Shown here: piece by piece, positions 36,332 to 47,162 of the stretch
Layout of the letters: every line of letters starts with the position of its first letter
Position numbering within the stretch: position 1 is the stretch's first letter
Assembly (NCBI GenBank): GCA_024346625.1
Contig: AP024665.1
Span: 2,108,001 to 2,172,000, forward strand
Origin: Williopsis jadinii
Taxonomy: Eukaryota
Length of the DNA: 64,000 nucleotides
Direction: 5' to 3'
Notes under the pieces: model-generated
Told to the model about the DNA's origin: nothing
Databases searched by the model: none
Seen by the model: the letters and a program-made list of their open reading frames with translations, nothing else
Program-made: the position numbers and the translations under genes

Positions 36332-36415
36332 ATATGATGACAACCTTTTTTGTTGCTTGAAGACTACGGTCAGTGTGGGCACAATGATTTCTCAAGACTA
36401 CAACGGTATCTGATT
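36332..36415 (+). ncRNA. SNR79: Box C/D snoRNA snR79-like (18S rRNA 2'-O-methylation guide)
   Basis: C box ATGATGA 36334-40; D box CTGA 36410-13; preceding AAGACTACAACGGTAT is antisense (one mismatch to my recalled 18S sequence) to 18S ATACCGTCGTAGTCTT; S. cerevisiae snR79 also neighbours SEN2. Confidence 0.85.
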
Positions 36416-36500
36416 TCCCTATTCTCAACCATGGCGCAAATGTTCACTGTCCAGCGCTTTGTCGCTTCAGCTCTTACTAACCATGTTACGATAGATAGCG

Positions 36501-37565
36501 ATGTCGAAGAGGACTTCACTCAACGCGAAGTACCCCCATGCTCTGCCAGTGCATCCAATAGCGCTGCCTGAGCTTATCCTTCACAACCCCATCTCGTGGA
36601 TTTGGTTTACAATTTGTTATATCAAGTCCTTCCCTACCGTGTCGCGGACTGTTGTGCAGTTCAAGGATGGTTGCTTCGCAGTTGTGTCTCCTGAAGAGAT
36701 GATGACACTGTGGAACGAAGGATTCTTCGGAAAGGGTACGATGAGTAGATCAGAGCCGACCTGGTATGATCGTACGCAGAAGAGATTGGGTCTTGGTGAG
36801 TTTAAGAACCTCTCCATTGAGGAAATCACCATCCTTAGAAGAGAGGAGAGAAAGAAGTTCAAAAGGGAAAGAGCACAACTCGAAAAGAAACAGAAGGAGC
36901 TGAAAAGTAAGGGCATTGTAGATCCCTTCATCGAAGAGAGACTAAAGTTGAAGGAACTAAGGGATAAGGACATTACAATCCCCCTGGAACGTGAAACTTT
37001 TATAAGACCTGAGGACGATGTACTGGTGGTCAAGGGCCATCTAATAAATATCGAACAACTTCAACTTCAACCCTGTGAGGTGATGTTTCTCGAGTTTGCA
37101 CTGCAGTCAGTGACTGTTGTAACTGATGGAGTTGCACTCTCTTCAAATCAGCTCCTTGAAGTGCTCTGGCCCACCAAGTCAGCTGACGACTCTTTCATAG
37201 TGAAATACGTCGTCTACCACTATTACAGAAGTCTTGGATGGTGTGTGCGTTCTGCCATAAAGTTTGGAACGGATTTTCTTCTTTACAATAGAGGTCCACC
37301 TTTCCATCACGCTGAGTTTGCACTTCATGTTGTGCCAAACTATAACGATACTCAAAAGAACACTGCTACAGCCCAAGACTTCACTATGTTATCTGGATTG
37401 AACAGAGTTATTGCTGGAGTGAGGAAAAACCTCGTGTTGGTATTTGTGGATATCCCAACTCAGGAAGAGATTGATAAAGCTGGTAGCTTCCAAGATGTCT
37501 TGAGCTTGTACTCAATTTCAGAAGTTTTGCTTAGACGTTGGGTTCCTAATCGAAACAGAGATTAA
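36501..37565 (+). CDS. SEN2: tRNA-splicing endonuclease catalytic subunit
   Basis: LWNEGFFGKGTMSRSEPTW; YVVYHYYRSLGWCVRSAIKFGTDFLLYNRGPPFHHAEF; RWVPNRNRD. Confidence 0.95.
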   Translation: MSKRTSLNAKYPHALPVHPIALPELILHNPISWIWFTICYIKSFPTVSRTVVQFKDGCFAVVSPEEMMTLWNEGFFGKGTMSRSEPTWYDRTQKRLGLGEFKNLSIEEITILRREERKKFKRERAQLEKKQKELKSKGIVDPFIEERLKLKELRDKDITIPLERETFIRPEDDVLVVKGHLINIEQLQLQPCEVMFLEFALQSVTVVTDGVALSSNQLLEVLWPTKSADDSFIVKYVVYHYYRSLGWCVRSAIKFGTDFLLYNRGPPFHHAEFALHVVPNYNDTQKNTATAQDFTMLSGLNRVIAGVRKNLVLVFVDIPTQEEIDKAGSFQDVLSLYSISEVLLRRWVPNRNRD

Positions 37566-37594
37566 TATTTGTATTAATGATTACATGTAGCTAT

Positions 37595-37981
37595 TCAAAC
37601 CAAACCATTGTATGCCTTTATAACCCATCCACAATCCCTTTGGCCTTCTACACTAGCCTTTGGACCTTTAACTGGATCATCGTACAGTGCGTTCAAGGCT
37701 TTATCATGTGTAGCTGGCTTTGATATACAGACAAAATTCTCTGTATTTGGCAAAACACATTTCAACTGCGATTTCGGGAAGGGACATGGACAGTCCGCTG
37801 CTGTCTTGACACAAGCCTGAGTATCAGGACATAGATATCGCTCACACTTGTTGTTTAAGAACTCTTGTTCATAGTTCTTCGGCTGTTGTTGCTGCTGCTG
37901 CTGTTGTCTGTGACCAAATGGATTGAAAAATTGGGCATTTACACCAAGTGCCAGAACACAGATAACACCGAAGTACTTCAT
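37595..37981 (-). CDS. LCL2: Long chronological lifespan protein 2 (secretory pathway, Cys-rich)
   Basis: Signal peptide; YLCPDT..CV....DCPCPFP..QLKC and RDCGWV; lies between SEN2 and CDC45. Confidence 0.9.
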   Translation of the reverse strand: MKYFGVICVLALGVNAQFFNPFGHRQQQQQQQQPKNYEQEFLNNKCERYLCPDTQACVKTAADCPCPFPKSQLKCVLPNTENFVCISKPATHDKALNALYDDPVKGPKASVEGQRDCGWVIKAYNGLV

Positions 37982-38132
37982 TGAGAGAAACTTATCCAAC
38001 GAGAGAAACGTTGAGTGATCGATATGAGTTACAACATTCCATACTGTTGGCTTTGCTGGCATGTTGACGATTCCGCGATGAGCATCATCAAATTCCGGGA
38101 CTCACGTGATACATCATGTGATTATTCCGAGG

Positions 38133-38171
38133 GTACGCGATGGCGCTTCGTTCCATTTCATCTGACGCGTC
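38133..38171. promoter_or_regulatory. MCB-like elements (ACGCGA, ACGCGT) upstream of CDC45
   Basis: gtACGCGA near 38135 and tgACGCGTc at 38165-70; consistent with G1/S expression. Confidence 0.55.
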
Positions 38172-38280
38172 ATTGGCTGTGGTCTTTATTTTTTGTTACT
38201 TTACTGAGCAACTGAGTATTATTGTTGTCGTTTACACTGACACTGTGAGACTGCGACTGTGAGAGACTCCATCGGTGAAG

Positions 38281-40179
38281 ATGTACATCTCACGAGGGAA
38301 CTTTAGCAAAGTGTTTGATGACATCAAGAGGACCTCTATGAGTCATTCGACTTGTAAGCTTATAATATTTGTCGCTTGTCTCAACGTTGATGCTTTATGT
38401 GCCTCAAAGATCTTGACAAACGTGCTACGAAAGGAAATCATACAGTACCAATTGATTCCGATCGTTGGATATTCTGACTTGAAGACTCATTATGATCGTC
38501 TCGATGGTGACATCACCAACATTGTGCTCTTGGGGTGTGGAGCTATGGTTGATTTGGAGAGCTTTTTCGATATAGATCCAAATGACTTTGTTGATAAAGA
38601 CAGCCAGAACCTGGACGGTACATTCACCTCCTCGAGAAGTATATATGTAATTGATGGTCACAAGCCATGGAACCTGGACAACATCTTTGGTTCCCATATC
38701 ATCAAGTGTCTCGATGATGGATATATCGATAGAGAATTGGACCGAGAAAAAGAGGCCTATGCAACATTGATAAAGTTACAAGAAGATGAAGAAGAGGAGG
38801 AGGATAGCGATGATGGCGAGTTTGATTCAGAAGAATCCGAAAATGAAAATGATGTTGTGAACGGTCTTGAAGAAGACGATGACGAGGAGCTAACAAGCTC
38901 TCAGGAGAAGAAAAGAAAAGCTATACAGGAGACAAAGCAGAGGAAACGCCAGATGAAGGAGCAGGAAAGACTTGTTGAGCAGTACTATGCAACAGGTATG
39001 ACTATTACAGTATCTGTCTCATTGCAGGTATACACGATGCTGTCAGAAATTGGTGAAACCAACACTGATAACCTGTGGTTCACAATAATCGGAACCATCT
39101 CTCTCGATAATCTGTATCCAGATGTTTACAGAATGTCATTCGAGGCACTAAAGGCTGAAGTTACGAGATTGAGTCCCACAGACTTGGGTCTTTCCAAGAA
39201 TGCTGACTCGTCACAGCTATCAGTCGATACAGATTACTATCTATTCTTGTTACGGCATTGGACTCTCTATGACTCTTTTTTCTATTCAAACTACGTGAAT
39301 GCCAAATTGAGCATATGGAGTGAAGAAGGTCGTAAAAGGCTACATAAGATGTTTGCAAGAATGGGTATCTCTTTACAGGACTCCAAACAGAATTGGTTAT
39401 ACATGGACACCAATATCAAAAAGAACCTCAACGTTACATTCAACAAAGTTCTCGGGTTCTTTGGACTAGACGATCTCATCAGAGAAGGATTCGTGAGAAC
39501 ATACGGGTTCAGAGGAACATTGTCTGCAAGCGAATGTGTTGAATCCATTTCAGCACTGTTGGAGCACAATAAAGTATCAACTACAAATACGGACGACGAG
39601 GAAACTGACATTAATGAATTAATTTCTCTAAAGGAAAAAGCATGGATTGAAAACTTTTGGTCCAGTTGGGATGCATTGGATAATATTGATAAGATCAACA
39701 AGGGATTGGAATATGCTAAAGAATTCCAAAAGGCAGTTTTCAATACAGGAATGGCAGTATTGGAAAAGCGACTGTTGAAGACATTGAAGATCTACCATCT
39801 CGTTGTCCTCAGAGATGGACCTGATTATGAAATGTTTAGAAATCCATTAATCCTGATACGACTGGGTAATTGGATCCTTGAGAGTTGTGCTGAATCTAAC
39901 AAAACCCTTCTGCCATTGGTGCTTGCAGCGTTGGACGAAAGCACAGATACGTTTCTAGTGGTTGGATTGGCCCCACGTTATCCAAGAGGTCGAAAGAACC
40001 TGGAGGACATTGATCAAAATACGACACTTTTGAACACCTTTAGTGTGGCATTCCAACAAGTTGCGGGCACTACAGGAGCCAAGGTGAGGATTGACAGTTT
40101 TGAAAGTTCCATCATTGAGATTAGAAAGGAAGACTTCCAACCATTTCTGGAGAAGTTGGCACTTAGTGGATTGGTGTAA
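38281..40179 (+). CDS. CDC45: DNA replication initiation factor (CMG helicase subunit)
   Basis: FVACLNVDALCA, IDGHKPWNLDN, LFLLRHWTLYDS, LHKMFARMGISL. Confidence 0.97.
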   Translation: MYISRGNFSKVFDDIKRTSMSHSTCKLIIFVACLNVDALCASKILTNVLRKEIIQYQLIPIVGYSDLKTHYDRLDGDITNIVLLGCGAMVDLESFFDIDPNDFVDKDSQNLDGTFTSSRSIYVIDGHKPWNLDNIFGSHIIKCLDDGYIDRELDREKEAYATLIKLQEDEEEEEDSDDGEFDSEESENENDVVNGLEEDDDEELTSSQEKKRKAIQETKQRKRQMKEQERLVEQYYATGMTITVSVSLQVYTMLSEIGETNTDNLWFTIIGTISLDNLYPDVYRMSFEALKAEVTRLSPTDLGLSKNADSSQLSVDTDYYLFLLRHWTLYDSFFYSNYVNAKLSIWSEEGRKRLHKMFARMGISLQDSKQNWLYMDTNIKKNLNVTFNKVLGFFGLDDLIREGFVRTYGFRGTLSASECVESISALLEHNKVSTTNTDDEETDINELISLKEKAWIENFWSSWDALDNIDKINKGLEYAKEFQKAVFNTGMAVLEKRLLKTLKIYHLVVLRDGPDYEMFRNPLILIRLGNWILESCAESNKTLLPLVLAALDESTDTFLVVGLAPRYPRGRKNLEDIDQNTTLLNTFSVAFQQVAGTTGAKVRIDSFESSIIEIRKEDFQPFLEKLALSGLV

Positions 40180-40281
40180 TTGATGCATTGTTCACGGCGC
40201 AGATTGCATTTGAACTTGTAGAACTACAAAGAAAAGTGGTCTAACAGAATTTATATTCAATTGACAATTGTAAAAACCAGT

Positions 40282-40644
40282 TTACAATTCACCTTGCTTC
40301 TTTTGGCCAACGTAGAAGTTGTAAGCGTAAGCATCCTCACCACCTTCAACTTTGAAAGTGATGGTGACACCCTTTGGGAACTTCAAAAGATCACCAGCCT
40401 TTGGGTGAACGGTGTTACCCTCGCTGTCAGAGACGATGAAGTCACCTTCAACCTCAAGGACAATCTTCAACTCATCGTATGGGTAGGTGTAAACCAGCTC
40501 CTTACCTGGAACAACCTTGAAGAAACCACCAGTGATTGGGGTCTCGCCAACTGTGATAACGTCACCGAGGAAAGAGTTCTCAGAGATCTTTGGTGGGAGG
40601 ACAGAGTAAGCATCAGCCTTTGCGACGTGGGTAAGAGCAACCAT
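40282..40644 (-). CDS. EutQ-like cupin (copy 1)
   Basis: FLGDV, GGFF, YTYPYDELKIVLEVEG, AGDLLKFPKGVTITF; TATA-like element near 40724. Confidence 0.85.
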   Translation of the reverse strand: MVALTHVAKADAYSVLPPKISENSFLGDVITVGETPITGGFFKVVPGKELVYTYPYDELKIVLEVEGDFIVSDSEGNTVHPKAGDLLKFPKGVTITFKVEGGEDAYAYNFYVGQKKQGEL

Positions 40645-41296
40645 TGTTAATTGTTCGATGAGTTCGTGTTGATACAAACACAACTCAAGCCATCTGTCAC
40701 AAATTTGGAGCTCCTCTCTTGCTCTTTATATAGACCAACTTCAATGATAAATGGCTCATCATTGTTGAAAGAATTAGCTATTACAACCAGTGCGCACTAT
40801 CTGGAGAGTGGCTGCATGTCTACTTCCTAATGCGGTAAAAAGATCCACGCTGCTGAATCTACCCGATTACGTTCCAAACTTCCCCAAACTGGAGAGACAG
40901 CTTGAAGGGCCCACTGTGGCTGCCCTGGGGTTACTTCAGGGTTTGTTTTAGCGAAGCAACTGGTACTAATCACGGGTTCAATTGGATGTCTGGCTAGGAA
41001 AGCAGTGCTCTCGGGGTGGACGTGGGCCGTTGCCAGTCATTGGGGGATGAGGTGGACACACACACACACAATGATCTACTAACCCTGTCATACTGTATCA
41101 ATTGACCCATACAGAAAGAGCTGATATGATAAGCTCTCTGTTATCACCAAGTTAGCGTTGTAGAACTTTAATCCCCCTAATTCAGGGAACAAAAGATACA
41201 TCATCGAGACACATGACGCAGCCAAAAGCAAACTTATACGCTACATGTGGGCTTGGAGCCTAATAAAGGCGTATATTACGACGAAAACATACACAT

Positions 41297-42262
41297 TCAT
41301 TGTTCCTCCCACGAGTACTTGTCTTTCCAGTGAGGGAATCCCAATCCCACGCCCCAGTCGTCCTGGATAAATCGCTTTGGATCTTTTAGACCAATCTCAT
41401 CCAGCTTGCCAATGTCCTCCTCACTGAGCGAAGGGATCGTCTTCAATGTTGGGATTCTTTTAGGGTTGGAAGTTCTTGTAACGACGATCCTTCCGCGGAG
41501 TAAATGGTACGCATAAACCACATTGGCTGGCTGCGCGCTGTACTTTGAAGAAAGCTCCAGTACAACGGGCTCCTTCAACAACGGCGCGCCTGTTGAGCCC
41601 AATGGTGAGAACGCAGCCACTTTCACGCCCAACGATTCAGCGTACTTGACTAGTTCTAAGGAGGGGATCTTTGGGTGCAGTTCGAGCTGTAAAACCGATG
41701 GAACAACGCCGGTTTCATCAACGGCACGCTTCAGATGTGCCTGCGTGAAGTTCGAGACGCCAACGCTCTTGACCAGGCCTCTGGCCTTCAGCTCCAACAG
41801 CTGCTTATAGGTTGTGACGAAGTCGCCGTTCTCATCGAACTGTAGCACACCGTTGGAGTCTCTTGGGTTCTTAGGCAGGCCATTGGAGTCCGTGCCCTTC
41901 TAACAGACAGGCCAGTGCTGTAGGGCCAGATCCACATAGTCCAATCCTAGGTCTTGCAAGGACTTGTTTATGGAGAGTTCGGCCCTGTCCCACAGCGAAG
42001 GCCAAACCTTTGTAGTGATGAATAGATCTTCCCTTTTCACGGTGCCTTTGGCAAACAGATCCTTGAGGAATTTACCAATGGTTGGTTCGCTCCCGTAATA
42101 CCATGCGGTGTCGATGCTTCTGAACCCATTGTCGATGGCAGCTTGTAAGACACCTGGCAATTTCTCAAACTCTTCCTCGGTCCACGGGGTTCCAATCGTC
42201 AACGCTGGCATGATGGAGCCATCGTTGAGCTTAACTGTAAGCTTGACAGTATCAATTGACAT
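41297..42262 (-). pseudogene. ARA1-like aldo-keto reductase interrupted by one in-frame TAG at 41902-41900
   Basis: DTAWYYGSE, FITTKVW, QHWPVC*KG, then same-frame GVSNF, LQLELHP, AFSPLGS; the two ORF-track pieces are one frame. Confidence 0.8.
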
Positions 42263-42752
42263 TTCTAATCTGTGCTTGGGGTGTAGAAATCTGAAACGTC
42301 AATGGAACAAGAGCAGCCGATGGGTGTTATATAGGTAATTTCAGCGGACGATGGAAATACGGATTGCTACTACATATGTATAAGCAAGCGTCGATCTACA
42401 AATTGTGCATTTTGGGATTTTTCCACAATGTTCTTTAGTAAGAGCATAGTTACTATTGCTAAACGATGGACTGAGTCAGTGGTTGCAATAACCCTTGACG
42501 TATAGAACAATATAACGTCTGCTTCCAGAGTAAGTGTGTAAATGGTAATTTATCGTCGTACCTGATTTATACCATATGCTTACAAGACATATTGAATTGA
42601 CACTCAGGCTGCTTAGAACATGACGTCAACCAACATTAATGGAGCAGCACTGTCGCATTACTTGATGATTGGGAAATCTACAATCAAATCTCTAGAAATG
42701 CAAACAAAATGAATTTTCTATATACTTAACAAGAACATGATCAACAAGCCTT

Positions 42753-43151
42753 TTAAGCAGCATCAGCTGGACGCAAACCAGTGAAGAAGTTCTTAGCGTA
42801 AGAACCTTCTGGACCAGTAACCTCAAAAGTGATGGTACAACCCTTTGGGAAGTACAAGACATCGTGTTGCTTGACCTCAACCTTCTTACCTTCCTCGTCA
42901 GTAACGAAGAAGTGGGCTGGCTCATCGGTTGGGGAGACAATCTCCAAACAGATCTTCATCTCATCGTAATCGTAATGATAGGTCAATGGGTTGCCAGCGT
43001 TGGAGAACTCTTGGTAGAAACCACAGGAGATCTGTTGTTCCTTTGGAGCATCAGAGGTGAAAGTGTCACCAAGGAAAGAGGTGGTTCTGTCTGGCAAGGA
43101 TGGTTGCTTCTTGTCGAAGGAAAGAGTGGAATCAATGTGGAACAATGGCAT
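42753..43151 (-). CDS. EutQ-like cupin (copy 2)
   Basis: SFLGDTF, CGFY, YHYDYDEMKICLE, DVLYFPKGCTITF; clear paralog of 40282-40644. Confidence 0.85.
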   Translation of the reverse strand: MPLFHIDSTLSFDKKQPSLPDRTTSFLGDTFTSDAPKEQQISCGFYQEFSNAGNPLTYHYDYDEMKICLEIVSPTDEPAHFFVTDEEGKKVEVKQHDVLYFPKGCTITFEVTGPEGSYAKNFFTGLRPADAA

Positions 43152-43625
43152 TTTGTTTTCAAGTTATGAGATCTGGATGTTTAGTCTGATGTCTGGATTC
43201 ACTCCTACCAAGCTGTACATTTCTGAAGACAATTGACCCTCTTTATATAGTTGATTCCATCTCTTATCCAGCATTGGTTTATCTCAATAGATAAAACCTA
43301 TCCCTATACCAAACTCCTCTTCGCCCGCAACTTTTACCCCAATTAGGAAGGTGCGTCCCTCTCACCAAAATGAAAAATACCCACAGCTTATACCAACGGT
43401 TCTCTATGCCACTATCAGAAATCGCCTGCAATTAGGACCCATGTAGTGTTTGAGTGTTCCGGACGGATAAAATGAAGTGCCAATTGCAACTGTAGGCTAC
43501 TACTAATTGGTACGGAAAACTTTATCATTTGATCTACATGGAGTAAAAATTCCCGTGGTAGCTTGACCATGCGAACGTGTACAGCCTACTTCACAGTGGG
43601 ATTTCTTTTCAATGATACACATCAA

Positions 43626-45347
43626 TCAGACCAATGAAGCAGGACCACCATGGACTAATCTCTCAAATAGCTTGTTATCTCTCTTCTCAAGGTGCACTTT
43701 GAACGGGAACGGTTCAATGGCGACTGCTTCTGGACATGAATTAGTCTTGAAGGGGTCCAGAGACATGAGATACTTTGAATCTTTTGGCAGCGTAATTCTG
43801 TAGAGTACTATGAATCTTAAGAGTGTAATGTACATCTCTTTGAAAGCCAAATGTGCTCCACCACATGCCCGTGTACCTGCACCAAATGAGAAATGAGGCA
43901 ATTGATGCTTGTTCTCGTCATCATGTCCTTTGTGACCTTGTAAATACCTCTCTGGTTTAAATTGAAATGCATCTTCGAATCTTGATGCGTCATGATTTGC
44001 AGCGTACGCGTTCATGAACATCACCGTGCCCAGAGGCAACAATACTCCTCTGTAGTTTATATCTCTTGTCGTTTCTCTTGGAAGACTTGTTGGAAGAACG
44101 GAGAAGTAACGAAGGCCTTCTTCTACTAGTGCACTTATGTATTCCACTCTGAAGCGACTAAGGTCAGAGCAGTTGATGAATGCATTCTCAAGAGTTCCAT
44201 AAACTTTCAAGATGCTATCAATCAGCGTCTCTTGTAATTTGGCTCCATATGAGCCGAGTGATAGGTGACCCAAGATATGGGTCAATACCAATGGCGTATT
44301 GTCAAGTCCAGCACTAACCATTGTCAAACATACCGAAGTCAATTCAGCTTCTGTAACAGTAGGAAACTCGCTACAGCCTCGTAACAGTTTACTCACAATT
44401 GATTCGGAATAGTCCTCGCCAACTTCAATTTTGCGCTTGACATCATTGGTGAACTTGGCCATATATACGTCCCTTCTCTTGCGATACTGGTCAGCCAATC
44501 TTGTCTTATCGTTACCAAGTCCTAGCCATCTCAAATGCGGCAAATAATCTTGAACATTTGAGCTGTGCCCTCGTAACTTGACAATCATGTTCTCAACATG
44601 AGCGATTTCATCAAAGAGCTTACACTTATCATTGTGTTCTACTTTCACCAAATAACCGTATGTGAGGAAGAGGCTAATCCTCAAGACATAGCCTTGTATC
44701 AACTTGAAGAGCTCGATGTCTTCAGATCTTGTACTGCTCTTAATGCGCTCATGCTCCTCGTCAACTCGCCTGAACATGTTAAGACATTCATCCTTGATAA
44801 ACTTCGAATGATGCTCCACTGCTCTTTTGTTCAAAGCTGTTGCAATTATCCTTTTCGTTCTCTTGTATGTATCGCCATAAGGTGTAGTCCCAATAGTGAA
44901 CCCTTGCGTCTTACTTAACACGGAATGGAACGTGTACAACATTGGTCTCGAATTGGATGCATTGGAGTATTTTATCCAAAGGTCTCTAACGCTTTCAAAT
45001 GAGTTGGCAACAACAACAACTCTTGAGCCCATTCTCATTTGGAATAGATCTCCGTGGATATCTGACCATCGTGTATACGTTAGAGCCGGGTTCAGCTTCA
45101 CTTGGTAGAGAACACCAAATATAGGAATACCTCTAATGTATGGAACACCGGGTATTGGTGTGGGAGTCAAGGGTCCTATTCCAAAGTAGTCACAGACCAA
45201 GAAGACCAACAATAGTACAACCACTCCTAGCACAACTGACGCTATATGTATACATGTTAGAAAGGTTGTTCTACAGCATCATCAAATCGTATAACACTTC
45301 AGTATCAATGTACCACAATGCGATGACGCTTCCAAGTGAAAAGCCAT
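43626..45347 (-). CDS. Cytochrome P450, phenylacetate-hydroxylase-like (CYP504/CYP501 type); predicted exons 45347-45314 and 45241-43626
   Basis: N-terminal TM; SAGLDNT I-helix, EGLR (ExxR), FKPERY, heme motif FSFGAGTRACGG. The ORF lacks an in-frame ATG near its start; a 72-nt intron GTACAT...TTCTAAC...TAG restores MAFHLEASSHCASVVLG. Confidence 0.85.
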
Positions 45348-45681
45348 CGATGAGATAGCGATATAGTTAGCTTTCTTTACTGTTCTTTCAAGGTGTAATC
45401 CATGGGTTCCATTCGCTTGAAACATCACCAAAGCTTCTACTTCACAATCTTGACACAAAAGGGAGTAGTAAGTACAGCACACACAAAAAGATCACCACAG
45501 TATGATTACAGCATGTAATACAAGTTCAACACGGGGTACAGTGTTAGGCGATGGAATCGAACGTTTCATTCTCTGTATTCAGGCCCGTAAGATATATATA
45601 AAGTAGAAAATAAATAGTTGATTGGATTCAGAATAAATATATGATCAGTTTAATAAATATATGACAAGGTGATGTTTTGAA

Positions 45682-46530
45682 TCACTTCTTGTCCTTACCC
45701 TCTTCAGGTTCCGGTTCCGGTTCTGGGATTGGGAATTTGAAAGATTCTGGAGTGGAGTCCAAACCATCACCAACTTGTTCCCAAACACTGGAGCCGACTG
45801 AAAAGTTTCTAAAAGCTTGTGTTAGTTCCAATGGTTTGTAGACGACTCTCTTCTTCTCCTCGTCCCAGTAAACCTCATCGTAACCGGTGGTTGGGAAGTC
45901 CTTTCTGAGAGGGTGGCCGGTGAAGCCGTAATCCGTCAAGATTCTTCTCAAATCTGGGTGGCCCTCGAAGAAGATTCCGTACATGTCATACGTTTCCCTC
46001 TCATACCAGTTGGCACCTTCATACAAAGAGGTAATACTTGGAACTGGGGAAACTTCAGATGCATAGGTTTTGACTCTGATTCTCGAGTTGTAACGAACAG
46101 ACAGCAAGTGGTAAACAACGTCGAATCTGTTTGTCCGGCTTGGGTAGTCTACACCGGTGATATCAACGATGGATTTGAACTGAGTGGTTGTGTGGTTCTT
46201 CAAGAAATCCATCACCGGGAGCAAGGCCGTTGGCGAAACGTAGATGGTCAAGTCATCCTTCCAAACAGTGAACTTCTGGATGAACTTTGGCAAAGTCGTG
46301 ATCAAGTACTGTCCAAACTTGTGCAAGGACTCGGACGTCTCTTTGTACTTGTCTGCTGGGTTGACGATTGGCTCGTGTAGTTCACCATACTCCTTGCGAG
46401 GCAAATCTCTTAGGTTTGGAAGCTCACCTTCTCTACCAATCAAGCGGGCAGCGGTGGACGCAAATGAGCGTGCAGCGTTGTAGCGAACGCTTGACGCTCT
46501 AAGTGATTGTTTCAAACCTAAGCGAAGCAT
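45682..46530 (-). CDS. NADH:ubiquinone oxidoreductase 30-kDa subunit (NDUFS3/NUGM)
   Basis: [50 protein letters not shown]; mitochondrial presequence. Confidence 0.95.
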   Translation of the reverse strand: MLRLGLKQSLRASSVRYNAARSFASTAARLIGREGELPNLRDLPRKEYGELHEPIVNPADKYKETSESLHKFGQYLITTLPKFIQKFTVWKDDLTIYVSPTALLPVMDFLKNHTTTQFKSIVDITGVDYPSRTNRFDVVYHLLSVRYNSRIRVKTYASEVSPVPSITSLYEGANWYERETYDMYGIFFEGHPDLRRILTDYGFTGHPLRKDFPTTGYDEVYWDEEKKRVVYKPLELTQAFRNFSVGSSVWEQVGDGLDSTPESFKFPIPEPEPEPEEGKDKK

Positions 46531-46730
46531 GGCTTTATTCTTAAAGACGGTGATGGAAAGTGCGTGGAAGTGGTTGTTTACGCTCGCTCCTTCTTTCACT
46601 ATTTTTTTGTCCAATGGGGCCCCCCCTTAAAAAAATTACACAAAGCCAATAATCCCGGTATATTATGTAATCATCGGACACTCTGCGCTCACATCAAAGT
46701 CTAAAAATGTGGTCACGGGGTTAAGAATGC

Positions 46731-46841
46731 GCTCGTGTAGCTCAGTGGTTAGAGCCTCGTGCTTATAGCGGCAAAAGTTTTGACGTTGTGCAAATGTCAC
46801 GAGTAACGCGATCGTCGTGGGTTCAAACCCCACCTCGAGCA
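46731..46841 (+). tRNA. tRNA-Ile(UAU), intron-containing
   Basis: GCTCGTGTAGCTCAGTGGTTAGAGC...CT-TAT-A, intron, ...GTGGGTTCAAACCCCACCTCGAGCA; T-run terminator follows. Confidence 0.95.
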
Positions 46842-47162
46842 CAATTCTTTATTTTTTTTTTTTGGGCCTCATGGTGTTCATATACACCCAGTTCATTGTT
46901 GTTTCTCTCGCATTATCCACGGTTGGTAGAAGGATATTTGCTCTACGGATGTAATTGATCAAGTATACAGCGAAAGACGGTGGTGATCTACGGTTGCTCT
47001 CTTTTATTCTTTGTTTCCGTATCTGCTGCTGCTCATGTTGGAAAATTTCGTGTATCAGGGAGCCTGGCATCAGGGCAAAAAAATATAGGGAAAAAATTTA
47101 TGAAAAATTATCTACATCAAGGGACATTTATATATGGAATAGAGCACCAAGGTTTCGCTGTA

